The position numbers and the translations under genes were made by a program. This document shows positions 50,189 through 58,868 of a DNA stretch of 64,000 bases, in pieces. The stretch is taken from assembly GCA_016792845.1 (NCBI GenBank), contig JAEUKH010000043.1, positions 89,846-153,845 on the forward strand, in the 5' to 3' direction. The notes under the pieces are model-generated. The model did no database searches, was not told where the DNA came from, and was given only the letters and a program-made list of their open reading frames with translations. The stretch's first letter is position 1, and every line of letters begins with the position of its first letter. The stretch comes from Myxococcales bacterium. GTDB lineage: Bacteria; Myxococcota_A; Polyangia; Polyangiales; Ga0077539.

Positions 50189-51319
50189 CTAGGGGCTCGC
50201 CGAACGGGCCGCGGCGGCCACCTCGTCGATGCGCTCATCGAGCCGCGCCAGCTGGACGAGGGCCGTGACATCGCCGCCGCGCAGGGCCAGGTCGCGCCCG
50301 CGCCGTGCCCGGGCCGCTGCGCGCCCGAGCGCGAGAGAGGCTACGGCGAGGAGGCGGTCGCGGCGGTCGGCGCTGCCTGCGTCTGCGTCGAGCGAGGCGA
50401 GCGCGGCCCGAACGTCGGCGAGGTCTCCGGCACCGGCCCGGCTCAGCTGGCCGATCACCACCACGCCCGCCACGGGGCGGGCCCATTCACGCGGCCCGCG
50501 CGGCCTCGGGAGCGCCTGCCCGAGCGTGTCAAAGGCCCTGACGGCGCCCAGCGCGAGCGGCTCGGCCCGCACCGGGCGGAGGTTCGCCGCGCGCTCGTCG
50601 AGGCTGACATCGAGGAGGATCGGGTGGCCCCCCGCGTCGGCCGCGAGCCGCGCCCGTTCGGCCGCCGAGAGCTGCGTGACCCTCGCGCCCGGCGGCGGCG
50701 GCGACGCCCAGAGCGTCACGCCCTCGGTCTCTGCGGTGAGCTGCGTCTCGCCCGCCTCGTTGACCGAGACCGCCGCGCGCCCCGCGGTGACCATCACCCG
50801 GCCCGCGGGGGTGTCAACCCGACCCGTCGCGCCTCCCTCACTGGGCGCCGCGAGCCCGAGGCGACCGCGCGAGGCGACCCACGACGCGCCCTCGTAACGG
50901 GGCACCTCTCCGACCGACGCGGCGCCGAGCGAGAGCGCCACACCTTGTTGGGTTTCGAGCCGAACGCTCCCGGTCGGCGCGACCCGAACGAGGTCGCCCG
51001 CGTAGAGCCAGTCGCCTGCGACGAGGCTCCGCGCGGTGCGCTCGGCGGGGCGGCCCGGAGCGCTCACCCGGAGGTTCGGGTCGAGGGTGGCCCCTTGGGC
51101 CTCGCGCACCTGCCAGACCGCCGACGCGGTGACGGGCGCGCCCGCATCGACCCCGCCCGCATCGACCGCGCCCGCATCGACCGCTTCGTCGGGCACGAGG
51201 GCCCGCGGCGCGGGTGCGGCATCGGCCGCGATCGGGGCTTCATCGCCTTGGGCCCGGGGCGCCCGGGCGCGGCACCCGAGCCCGAGGCAGAGCGTGACCA
51301 GGGCGGCGGCGAGACGCAT
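50189..51319 (-). CDS. FecR-like domain lipoprotein
   Basis: Start at internal Met (MRLAAALVTLCLGLGC lipobox), overlapping the upstream gene stop (TGATG). Central …GRVMVTAGRAAVSVNEAGETQLTAETEGVTLWA… resembles the FecR/anti-sigma beta-sandwich domain. Confidence 0.5.
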   Translation of the reverse strand: MRLAAALVTLCLGLGCRARAPRAQGDEAPIAADAAPAPRALVPDEAVDAGAVDAGGVDAGAPVTASAVWQVREAQGATLDPNLRVSAPGRPAERTARSLVAGDWLYAGDLVRVAPTGSVRLETQQGVALSLGAASVGEVPRYEGASWVASRGRLGLAAPSEGGATGRVDTPAGRVMVTAGRAAVSVNEAGETQLTAETEGVTLWASPPPPGARVTQLSAAERARLAADAGGHPILLDVSLDERAANLRPVRAEPLALGAVRAFDTLGQALPRPRGPREWARPVAGVVVIGQLSRAGAGDLADVRAALASLDADAGSADRRDRLLAVASLALGRAAARARRGRDLALRGGDVTALVQLARLDERIDEVAAAARSASP

Positions 51320-52731
51320 CAAAACTCGGGCATCTTCGGCACGAAGCGGAGCTCTTGGGTGGCCCCCGCGTCGGCCTCGGCGTCGAGATCGAGGAGGGTG
51401 TCTCGATCGCCGCTCCGTCGCGGGGGCGGGTGCGTCGGCAGGGTCGCGTAGTTCTCTTGAAGAAAGAGATGCGCGGTGAGGTCTTCGGCCGCGAGGGCCT
51501 CGCGCGCTTCGCCGAGCTGGGTCGAGGTCTCGCGGAGGCGACCGGCGAGGGCTGTGATGATGTTCCACAACAGCTTCATGCCGAGGTCTTTGTTCTCGCG
51601 GAGCACCTTGAACACATCGTTTCGCGCGAAGGCCAGGAGCCGCGCATCGTCGTCAGCGACCACGCTCGCGCTGCGCGGGACGCTCTCGACCAGGCTCATC
51701 TCGCCGAAATGCTCGCCGGCCTTCAGCCGCGCGATCTCGACGTCGCCCTTCTTCACCGCGCAGGTGCCCGACACGATCACGAACATCGCGTCGCCGGCGT
51801 CGCCCTCTCGCACGATGGCCTCGCCCGGGATGGCGTCACGAAGCCTCGCCGTCGCCTGAAGGAACAAGAGCTCTCGCGGCTCAAGGTGCCGAAAGAAGGG
51901 CACCCCCGAGAGGGCCTGGTACTGCTCTGAGAGCTCGCGCACGACCCGGTCGCGGCTCGACGCGTCGGGCAGCGTCACCACCACCACGGTGACGTTGTCG
52001 GCGCCCCCGCGTTCGAGGGCAAAATTGATCATCCGCCCGCTGGCGGTCTCTTCGGTCGCGTCGGTCAAGAGCGGCCCGAGGTCTTGCTCGCGGTCGAGGT
52101 ACCGATGCAGCCCGTCGCTGCACAGCACGAAGCGGTCGCCCGGCGCCGCGAGGAACATGTACGTGTCGACCTCGACGTTCTCGAACACGCCGATGGCCCG
52201 CGTGACCGCGTTCTTGTGCTGAATCTGCGAGAGCACCTCGGGCCTGAGCCGCCCGCGCCGCCGCAGCTCGTTCACCACCGAGTGGTCTTCGGTGAGCTGC
52301 CGCACCTCGCCGCCGCGCATCACGTACACCCTCGAATCGCCGACGTGGGCGATGAACGCCCTGTCGTTCACCAGCAAGAGCGCCGTGAGGGTGGTGCCCA
52401 TGCCGCGGCGCTCGACGCTCGCCTGCGCGGCCGCGTAGACCTCGCGGTTGGCCTGGCTCACCGCGTGGCCCAAGAGCTGCCGAATGTCTTCAGCGCGGGC
52501 CGCCCCCTCGCCGCCGCGCGCGAAGGCCTCGACCTGGGCGCGGGCGCGCTGCATCGTCGCGGCCACGGCCTGGATGGCCATCGCCGAGGCGACCTCACCC
52601 GCGGCGTGGCCCCCCATGCCGTCGGCGACGACGTAGAGGCCCATCGGGCGGTCACAGAAGAAGTTGTCCTCGTTGTGTTCGCGGGCGCGCCCCACGTCCG
52701 TACGAGCGTGCAGAAGGTGCTCGGTCGACAT
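51319..52731 (-). CDS. PP2C-family Ser/Thr phosphatase fused to C-terminal cyclic-nucleotide-binding (cNMP/CAP-like) domain
   Basis: N-terminal …HARTDVGRAREHNEDNFF…GLYVVADGMGGHAAGEVAS… (PP2C motifs), …VGDSRVY…, …CSDGL…. The C-terminal …EGDAGDAMFVIVSGTCAVKKGDVEIARLKAGEHFGEMSLV…R.A.V.A resembles a cNMP-binding beta-roll. Confidence 0.8.
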   Translation of the reverse strand: MSTEHLLHARTDVGRAREHNEDNFFCDRPMGLYVVADGMGGHAAGEVASAMAIQAVAATMQRARAQVEAFARGGEGAARAEDIRQLLGHAVSQANREVYAAAQASVERRGMGTTLTALLLVNDRAFIAHVGDSRVYVMRGGEVRQLTEDHSVVNELRRRGRLRPEVLSQIQHKNAVTRAIGVFENVEVDTYMFLAAPGDRFVLCSDGLHRYLDREQDLGPLLTDATEETASGRMINFALERGGADNVTVVVVTLPDASSRDRVVRELSEQYQALSGVPFFRHLEPRELLFLQATARLRDAIPGEAIVREGDAGDAMFVIVSGTCAVKKGDVEIARLKAGEHFGEMSLVESVPRSASVVADDDARLLAFARNDVFKVLRENKDLGMKLLWNIITALAGRLRETSTQLGEAREALAAEDLTAHLFLQENYATLPTHPPPRRSGDRDTLLDLDAEADAGATQELRFVPKMPEF

Positions 52732-52746
52732 CCCACCTTCGCGGTA

Positions 52747-53784
52747 TCACGCCCCTTCGAGCATCGTCAACGCGCTCGCCGACAGCGCCCGCGCCCGCGC
52801 CGCCACCCCCGGGTCGGGGTCGTCTTGGGCCCGGCCGAGCGCCGCCCCGAGCACCGCAGGGTCTGCCTCGACGAGCCCGCGGGCCCCGAGCCTTTCGAGC
52901 TCGCCCAAGGCCCCGGCCCGCAGCGGGCCCCCCATCGCGCCGAGCACCGCCGCGAGCTCGTCGACCGCGCCCATCACCCCGAGGGCCTTGACCAGCCCCT
53001 GCCCCAGCCCCGCCTCGCGGCCCTTGTGGGGCGTGCGCGCGAGGGCGCCGAAGACCCGAGCGCCGGGGTCGCGCCAGCGCCGCTGAAACATCGCAAGTAC
53101 GCGATTTCGCTCGGTTTCTGCGGGGCTCCTGAGCACCGCCACGAGCGACGGCGTGAGGCCCTCGCGGGCCCCGTCGGCGACCGGCGGCAGGAGCCCCGCG
53201 AGGAAGGCCCCCTCGTCGCCCACCAGGAGCCCCACCACGGGGTGAAGCTCGCCCGCGGCCACCATGCGCTGGACCTCTTGCCTCCGCAGGAGCCCTTTGA
53301 CCCCCTCGCGCACCTGCCGAGCCCACGATTTCAGCCGCTCGGCCTCTTGGAACTGGGCGTCGGGCACCCGCGCGGCGAGCCCCTGGAGCGCCTTCAAGCA
53401 CTGGGCGTAGGGGGGCTTTTTGGGCCCCTCGCTGAGCTGCGAGAGCGCCGCCACCATCGCCGACGTGGGCTCACACAGGCCGAGGGCCTCGGCCGCCGCG
53501 ACCCGCGCATTGGGCGACAGCCACGGCGCGGTCACCACCGCCAGGAGCCCCTCGGCCCCCATCGGGCCCGCCGCCGGCAGGCTCGCGAGCGCATCGTGCC
53601 CGAGGAAGACCGCCCCGCCCGCGGCCACCCGCGCCGCCTCGGCGTGCCCCCGCGAGGCCAAGACCGCCGCGGCACCGAGGGGGCTCTCTCCGAAGCGCAT
53701 GCGCAGCAAGAGCGTGGCGTCGTCGAGGCTCCCGAGGCTGGTCACCGGGCCCGTCAGGGCCGCTTGCGCAAAGCAATCGCTCAT
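52747..53784 (-). CDS. Hypothetical protein (Ala/Leu-rich helical, possibly HEAT/ARM-like)
   Basis: 345-aa ORF co-directional with the PP2C gene, 15 nt upstream. Composition is plausible for a protein (not Arg-dominated). No recognised domain. Confidence 0.45.
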   Translation of the reverse strand: MSDCFAQAALTGPVTSLGSLDDATLLLRMRFGESPLGAAAVLASRGHAEAARVAAGGAVFLGHDALASLPAAGPMGAEGLLAVVTAPWLSPNARVAAAEALGLCEPTSAMVAALSQLSEGPKKPPYAQCLKALQGLAARVPDAQFQEAERLKSWARQVREGVKGLLRRQEVQRMVAAGELHPVVGLLVGDEGAFLAGLLPPVADGAREGLTPSLVAVLRSPAETERNRVLAMFQRRWRDPGARVFGALARTPHKGREAGLGQGLVKALGVMGAVDELAAVLGAMGGPLRAGALGELERLGARGLVEADPAVLGAALGRAQDDPDPGVAARARALSASALTMLEGA

Positions 53785-53798
53785 CTCAAGTGCGAACC

Positions 53799-54323
53799 CT
53801 ACGTTCGCGACGCGCGCCCCGCAACGCGCTCGCGACGCGCTGGGTCATGGCTCGGCGCGACCTCTTGCCAGAGCGCCTCGGGAGAGACGCCGAATCGCGG
53901 CGCGAGGGCGGCGGCCACGACCCATCCGAGTCGACCCGCGGGGGGAGCGGCCACGGCGCTGACGAAGGCGGGGTCTGGCGCGTCGGGGTCGAGGGCCTTC
54001 GCGATGGCCTCGCAGCGCGCCGGATCGGGGTGTCGCACGCCGCGCAAGAGGGCCCTGGCCCGCAGCGCCGCGGCCATGGTGCGGTGCCACGCGTCGTCGC
54101 GGAGCACCCAACGCGGAGGCGCTTCGGGGTCGGCCGCGGCGAGGGCGGCGAGCCTCGCTTCGAGGGCCTCGATGGGCAGCCGGTCGAGCTCTCTCAGGGC
54201 CCCGGGCCAGCGCGCGGCCAGGGCCCGCATGGCCTCGGTGGGGGGCTCGGCGCTCGGGGGCGCGCGGCGCAGCGCGACGAGGCGTTGGTACTTCTCGGTG
54301 AGGGATGCGACGGCGTCGCGCAT
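53799..54323 (-). CDS. Hypothetical protein
   Basis: Start placed at internal Met (MRDAVASLTEKYQ…) to avoid an Arg-rich N-extension and minimise overlap with the opposite-strand SRPBCC gene. Low confidence. Confidence 0.3.
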   Translation of the reverse strand: MRDAVASLTEKYQRLVALRRAPPSAEPPTEAMRALAARWPGALRELDRLPIEALEARLAALAAADPEAPPRWVLRDDAWHRTMAAALRARALLRGVRHPDPARCEAIAKALDPDAPDPAFVSAVAAPPAGRLGWVVAAALAPRFGVSPEALWQEVAPSHDPARRERVAGRASRT

Positions 54324-54433
54324 GGCGCGCGGGAGCCTACCGCAGGGGTCGGGTGCGGGGCTCACCCGGCGGGCGTCAATCGGTGACGAGGGCGCGGCCG
54401 CGACCCGAGGGCCGAGTCGAGCATCGTAGGGCG

Positions 54434-54916
54434 GTGGCGCTCCAGACCGTGCAGTATCGCTCGCGCTTCGGCGTCTCGGCCGCGGCGCTCTTCGCGTTCC
54501 ATCACCGCGACGACGCACTCAGCGTGTTGATGCCGCCGTGGGAGCGCGCCCGCGTCGTGTCGCGCACGGGGGGCCTCGCGGTGGGGGCGCGCACGGTGAT
54601 CGAGACCCGGGTGTTGCCCGGCGTGTGGCTCCGTTGGGTGGCCGTTCACGACGCCTTCGAGGAGGGAACGATGTTCGCAGACCGGGCCGAGCGCGGGCCC
54701 TTCGCGCACTGGCGCCATGTTCACCGCGTGACCGCCGAGGGCGCGTCGGAGAGCTGGCTCGACGACACGATCACCTACGCGTTGCCGTTGGGCTTTGTCG
54801 CCGACCGCGTGGCCGGGGCGTGGGTCAGGCGCCGCCTCGACGCGATGTTTCGGTTCCGCCACGAGGCTACGGCGCGGGCCCTCGGCACCGCCGTCATCGC
54901 GGGGCACGGGCGCTGA
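54434..54916 (+). CDS. SRPBCC (START/Bet v1-like, cyclase/dehydrase) superfamily protein
   Basis: ~160 aa from GTG 54434. …FAFHHRDDALSVLMPPWE…V…G…W…F.HWRHVHRV…TYALPLGFVADRVAGAWVRRRLDAMFRFRHEATARAL matches the helix-grip fold pattern of SRPBCC/RatA-like proteins. Confidence 0.55.
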   Translation: MALQTVQYRSRFGVSAAALFAFHHRDDALSVLMPPWERARVVSRTGGLAVGARTVIETRVLPGVWLRWVAVHDAFEEGTMFADRAERGPFAHWRHVHRVTAEGASESWLDDTITYALPLGFVADRVAGAWVRRRLDAMFRFRHEATARALGTAVIAGHGR

Positions 54917-54921
54917 GGCGC

Positions 54922-57066
54922 TCAGCCCGGCGCGGCGCCGCAGACGTTGGCGATGCACATGAGGCCCTCGCAGCAATCGCTCGACTGCGAGCAGGTGTTG
55001 CCCGCGCGGCGGCACATGGCCGGGGGCGGCGGCTGACACGCGAAGGTGCCGTTCGCCTGGCGCTCGCAGGTGCCCGAGCAGCACTCGCTCGACGTGGTGC
55101 ACTGTTGCGCGTTCATGCGGCACGCGACGGGCGCCCAGAAGGCCGAGATGTTCTCGACCCGCGCGTCTTGGCCCGGGAGCCAGTACGGCACGCTCGACGG
55201 GTCTTCTTCGGGCCCGGCGCCCTGGCGCACCGAGGTCACCCAGATCTGTCGCCGACCGGTGCCGCGGGTGCCCACCTGGGCGTTGCCGTAGTCGCGGCGC
55301 GAGTAGAACGCCACCCAGTACCGCCCGTCTTGAAAGAAGGGCGAGAAGTTCGGCCAGTAGCCCTCGTTGTCGCCGCTCGCACGCGAGAGGGCGCGGGCGG
55401 TGCCTTCGGTCGCGTCTGCGGCGATGAGCTCAAGGCGGCCAGGGCGGCGCTGGCTCACCCCGGGGCTCACCTCGACGCTGCTCCGCGAGTGGGTGCCGTG
55501 TTGGAAGGCGATCCATCGGCCGTCGGGCGAGAAGCTCGGGTGCGCGTCGGCGGTGCCGCCGGGTGACGCCCCGCGGTGCACGATGCGCTGCGCCCCGAAG
55601 GTGGTCGGCCCCGTCCGGGGGATCACCGCCAGGTCGGAGCGCTCGAAATCGACCGCCCAGCCGCCCGTGAGGCCCGCCGCCACCGCGAGCCACTGCCCGT
55701 CGGGTGACCACTCCGGGTGGGCCACCCCCATGCTCGGGAGGTTGGTGCCCGCGATGGGCGTGCCCTCGGTGCGGCGCATGAGCGTGAGGCCCGTGCCGCG
55801 GTTCACCATGAGGTATTCGCTGTCGGGCGAGAAGGTCGAGAAGAGCCACACGCGGTCGCTCTGCGGCGCGAGCACAGTGGGCGCGGGGTCGCTGCGGAGG
55901 TTGGCGTCGCTGAGGTCGAAGACGGCCCCGGCGCGGTCGCCGCCCCACATCTCGACGGCCATGTAGCGACCGTCGCGCGAGACGGTGTGGCACGCGATGC
56001 AGCGGCTCCCCTGGTCGGGCGCGTCGGGCTTCGGCGGCGGCGACGGGATGGCCACCGTGCGCTCGCCCGTGATGGCGTCGATGCGCTCGATTTCGCCCGC
56101 TGAGAGATCCCAGAAATAGATCGAGCCCGAGAGCACGGCCCGAGAGACTTCGAGGCTCACCACGTCGCCGGCGATGACCTCGTTGCGGTCGCCGTCCCAC
56201 CGGTCGACGCTGATGCGCAGGGGGTCGGTGACGTCGGTCTCGAGCACCGCGCGCCAGAGGTCGCGGTCGGCGAGCCAGCCGTACCGAAACCCGTTGCCCG
56301 AGTGCAAGACGTACGCGCTCAGCTCGAGCCGCGTCTTGCGGAGCCGAACCCGGTAGATGTCGCCCGCGCTCCCGCGCTCCCACTGAATGTCGGGGGGCGC
56401 GAGGTTGCTCGGGATCACCGCCCCGTCGAGCGGATACCGCAAGACCACCGCCCGCGCGCTGTCGCTCACCGGCCCGGCCCTGAACCGGTTGGCCACGTCG
56501 TCGAGGAGCCCCGGCCCCACCAGGGCCCGCTCGACCCGCACGTCGATCATCGCCGACGCGGTGAGGGTGCGACCGCCGCTCGCGACCTCGACCCGCAGGG
56601 TCTCGACGCCCCCCGCGTTGCCCGTCGTGCGCACCGCCCCCGCGGCGCCGTCGAGGGTCAGCGCGCGGTTGGCGCTCATCAAGAACGTGGGCGTCTGCAC
56701 CGTGACAGACTCGCCGTCGCTGGTGCGACCGATAACCCGAAAGCTCTGTGTTGCTGCGGTGTTATTGCGATGCACCACGATCGCCGAGGGCGGGTCGAGG
56801 CTCACCGAGACGAGCTCCCGCGACACCGAGGGGCTGTCGAGCCTGGCGACGTCGAAGCCTGGCGCGCCTGCGTCACCGGGCGCATCGAGGCTCGCGCGGT
56901 CGGCCCCGAGGTCTTGCCCGAGGTCGCGCGAGACCCCCGTATCGGGCTCGCAGACGCCGCCCCCGCACTCGAGGTTTTCACCCGGAGAACAAGCGCCCGC
57001 GAGGGTCGCGACGAGGCCCAGCGACACCCTCTGAAGCGCAGACTTCGCACGCGCAAGTTGAAGCAT
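54922..57066 (-). CDS. TolB-like beta-propeller lipoprotein with C-terminal Cys-rich knottin-like tail
   Basis: Lipobox (LVATLAGACS). Repeated …SPDG.W.AV / …SFSPDGRWIAFQ… (WD40-like/TolB repeats). The C-terminal …QCTTSSECCSGTCE… …CSQSSDCCEGLMCIANVCG is Cys-rich. Confidence 0.65.
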   Translation of the reverse strand: MLQLARAKSALQRVSLGLVATLAGACSPGENLECGGGVCEPDTGVSRDLGQDLGADRASLDAPGDAGAPGFDVARLDSPSVSRELVSVSLDPPSAIVVHRNNTAATQSFRVIGRTSDGESVTVQTPTFLMSANRALTLDGAAGAVRTTGNAGGVETLRVEVASGGRTLTASAMIDVRVERALVGPGLLDDVANRFRAGPVSDSARAVVLRYPLDGAVIPSNLAPPDIQWERGSAGDIYRVRLRKTRLELSAYVLHSGNGFRYGWLADRDLWRAVLETDVTDPLRISVDRWDGDRNEVIAGDVVSLEVSRAVLSGSIYFWDLSAGEIERIDAITGERTVAIPSPPPKPDAPDQGSRCIACHTVSRDGRYMAVEMWGGDRAGAVFDLSDANLRSDPAPTVLAPQSDRVWLFSTFSPDSEYLMVNRGTGLTLMRRTEGTPIAGTNLPSMGVAHPEWSPDGQWLAVAAGLTGGWAVDFERSDLAVIPRTGPTTFGAQRIVHRGASPGGTADAHPSFSPDGRWIAFQHGTHSRSSVEVSPGVSQRRPGRLELIAADATEGTARALSRASGDNEGYWPNFSPFFQDGRYWVAFYSRRDYGNAQVGTRGTGRRQIWVTSVRQGAGPEEDPSSVPYWLPGQDARVENISAFWAPVACRMNAQQCTTSSECCSGTCERQANGTFACQPPPPAMCRRAGNTCSQSSDCCEGLMCIANVCGAAPG

Positions 57067-57159
57067 GGTAGGGCTGATCGAACCATTGATTCGCGCGCAG
57101 GCAAAGTGGCGAAACGCACGAACGGCGACGCCCGACTGGGGTTAGAGTCGGGGTGAAAG

Positions 57160-58797
57160 GTGAGGGCGATGTTCGAAGGTCGGGTACACGTACCGCCGGT
57201 GGTGAATGAGCCGGTGTTGGGCTACGCGCCAGGCTCGGCAGAGCGGGCGATCTTGCAGAGCACCCTGTCGCGGCTCGCGGCCTCGCCCGTCGAGGTGGCG
57301 ACGCACATCGGCGGCGTCGACCGCCCGACGGGGCACCTGCGCGCGATGACGATGCCGCACCGGCACGAGGCGGTGCTCGGGCACTGGCATGTGAGCGAGG
57401 TGAGCGAGGTCGACCGCGCGGTCGAGGCGGCGCTCGGGGCCGGGCCGGCGTGGGCGGCGATGCCGTTTCGGGCGCGGGCGGCGGTGTTTCTGAAGGCCGC
57501 CGAGCTCCTCGCGACGCGGTGGCGGCCGGTGCTGAACGCGGCCACGATGCTGGGGCAGAGCAAGACCGCCCATCAGGCTGAGATCGACGCGGCCTGCGAG
57601 CTCATCGATTTTTTTCGCTTCAACGTGGCCTTCGCCGAGCGGCTCCAAGAAGAGCAACCCCTCTCACCCCCCGGCGTGTGGAACGTGCTCGACCACCGCC
57701 CCCTTGAGGGCTTCGTCTTGGCGGTGACGCCCTTCAACTTCACCTCCATCGCGGCCAACCTCCCGGCGGCCCCGGCGCTCCTCGGCAACACCATCGTGTG
57801 GAAGCCGTCGATCAACGCCACCTACTCGGGGCACTTCATCCTCGGGCTCTTGCGCGAGGCGGGGCTCCCTGACGGGGTGATCAACATGGTGCTCGGCGAG
57901 CCCGCGGCGATGGTCGAGCGGGCCCTCGCGCACCCGTCGCTCGCGGGAGTCCACTTTACCGGCTCGACGGCGGTCTTTCAGAAGATCTGCGCGACGGTCG
58001 GGGCCAACGTGGGGGCGGGGCGATACAAGAGCTTCCCGCGCCTCGTGGGCGAGACCGGGGGCAAAGATTTCGTCTTCGCGCACCCGAGCGCCTCGGTCGA
58101 CGCCCTCGCGGTGGCGCTCTTGCGCGGGGCCTACGAGTTTCAGGGCCAGAAGTGCTCGGCGGCGAGCCGCGCGTTCGTGCCCCAGTCGCTCTGGCCTCAG
58201 GTGCGGGGTCGCCTCGTCGACATGATCGCCGAGGTCAAGGTCGGCGACGTCAGTGACTTTTCAAACTTCCTCGGCGCGGTGATCGACCGCCCGGCCTACG
58301 AGCGCCTCAAGGGCCGGGCCGAGGCCGCGCGGCACGACACCCGCTGCGCGGTGCTCGCCCACGCGGCCGACGACCGGGTGGGGTACTTCATCCACCCGAC
58401 CCTGGTCGAGACCACAGACCCGGCCCATCCTTTGATGCGCGACGAGCTGTTTGGGCCGCTCTTGACGGTGTTTCCGTACCGCGACGAGGCCCTCGACGAG
58501 ACCCTCGCGCTCTGCGACACGGGCTCGCCCTACGGCCTCACCGGGGCGGTCTTCTCTCAAGACCGCGCGGCGATCGAGCACATCGCTGGGCGGCTCCGGC
58601 ACGCCGCGGGCAACTTCTACATCAACGACAAGCCCACCGGCGCGGTGGTGGGGCAGCAGCCCTTCGGCGGGGCCCGGCACTCGGGCACCAACGACAAGGC
58701 CGGCAGCGTGCTCAACCTCTTGCGTTGGGTCTCGCCCCGCACGGTGAAAGAGACCCTCGCGCCGCCGACCTCGTGGCGATACCCCTTCCTCGACTGA
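57160..58797 (+). CDS. pruA: L-glutamate gamma-semialdehyde (1-pyrroline-5-carboxylate) dehydrogenase
   Basis: 545-aa aldehyde dehydrogenase family. The N-terminal …VPPVVNEPVLGYAPGSAERAILQ… is typical of P5CDH/RocA. …FTGSTAVF…, …GQKCSAASR… (catalytic Cys), …ELFGP…. Confidence 0.88.
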   Translation: MRAMFEGRVHVPPVVNEPVLGYAPGSAERAILQSTLSRLAASPVEVATHIGGVDRPTGHLRAMTMPHRHEAVLGHWHVSEVSEVDRAVEAALGAGPAWAAMPFRARAAVFLKAAELLATRWRPVLNAATMLGQSKTAHQAEIDAACELIDFFRFNVAFAERLQEEQPLSPPGVWNVLDHRPLEGFVLAVTPFNFTSIAANLPAAPALLGNTIVWKPSINATYSGHFILGLLREAGLPDGVINMVLGEPAAMVERALAHPSLAGVHFTGSTAVFQKICATVGANVGAGRYKSFPRLVGETGGKDFVFAHPSASVDALAVALLRGAYEFQGQKCSAASRAFVPQSLWPQVRGRLVDMIAEVKVGDVSDFSNFLGAVIDRPAYERLKGRAEAARHDTRCAVLAHAADDRVGYFIHPTLVETTDPAHPLMRDELFGPLLTVFPYRDEALDETLALCDTGSPYGLTGAVFSQDRAAIEHIAGRLRHAAGNFYINDKPTGAVVGQQPFGGARHSGTNDKAGSVLNLLRWVSPRTVKETLAPPTSWRYPFLD

Positions 58798-58868
58798 GCG
58801 GCTGAGGCCCCGCGGCCTGGGTCGCGAGAATCCTGCGGCAGATTCGCGTTCGTTTCGAGGCTTCGGGT

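Noticed and set aside
52084-54429. 781-aa plus-strand ORF
   Set aside because: Antisense to three co-directional minus-strand genes, including the PP2C C-terminus. The product is Arg/Gly/Pro-dominated.
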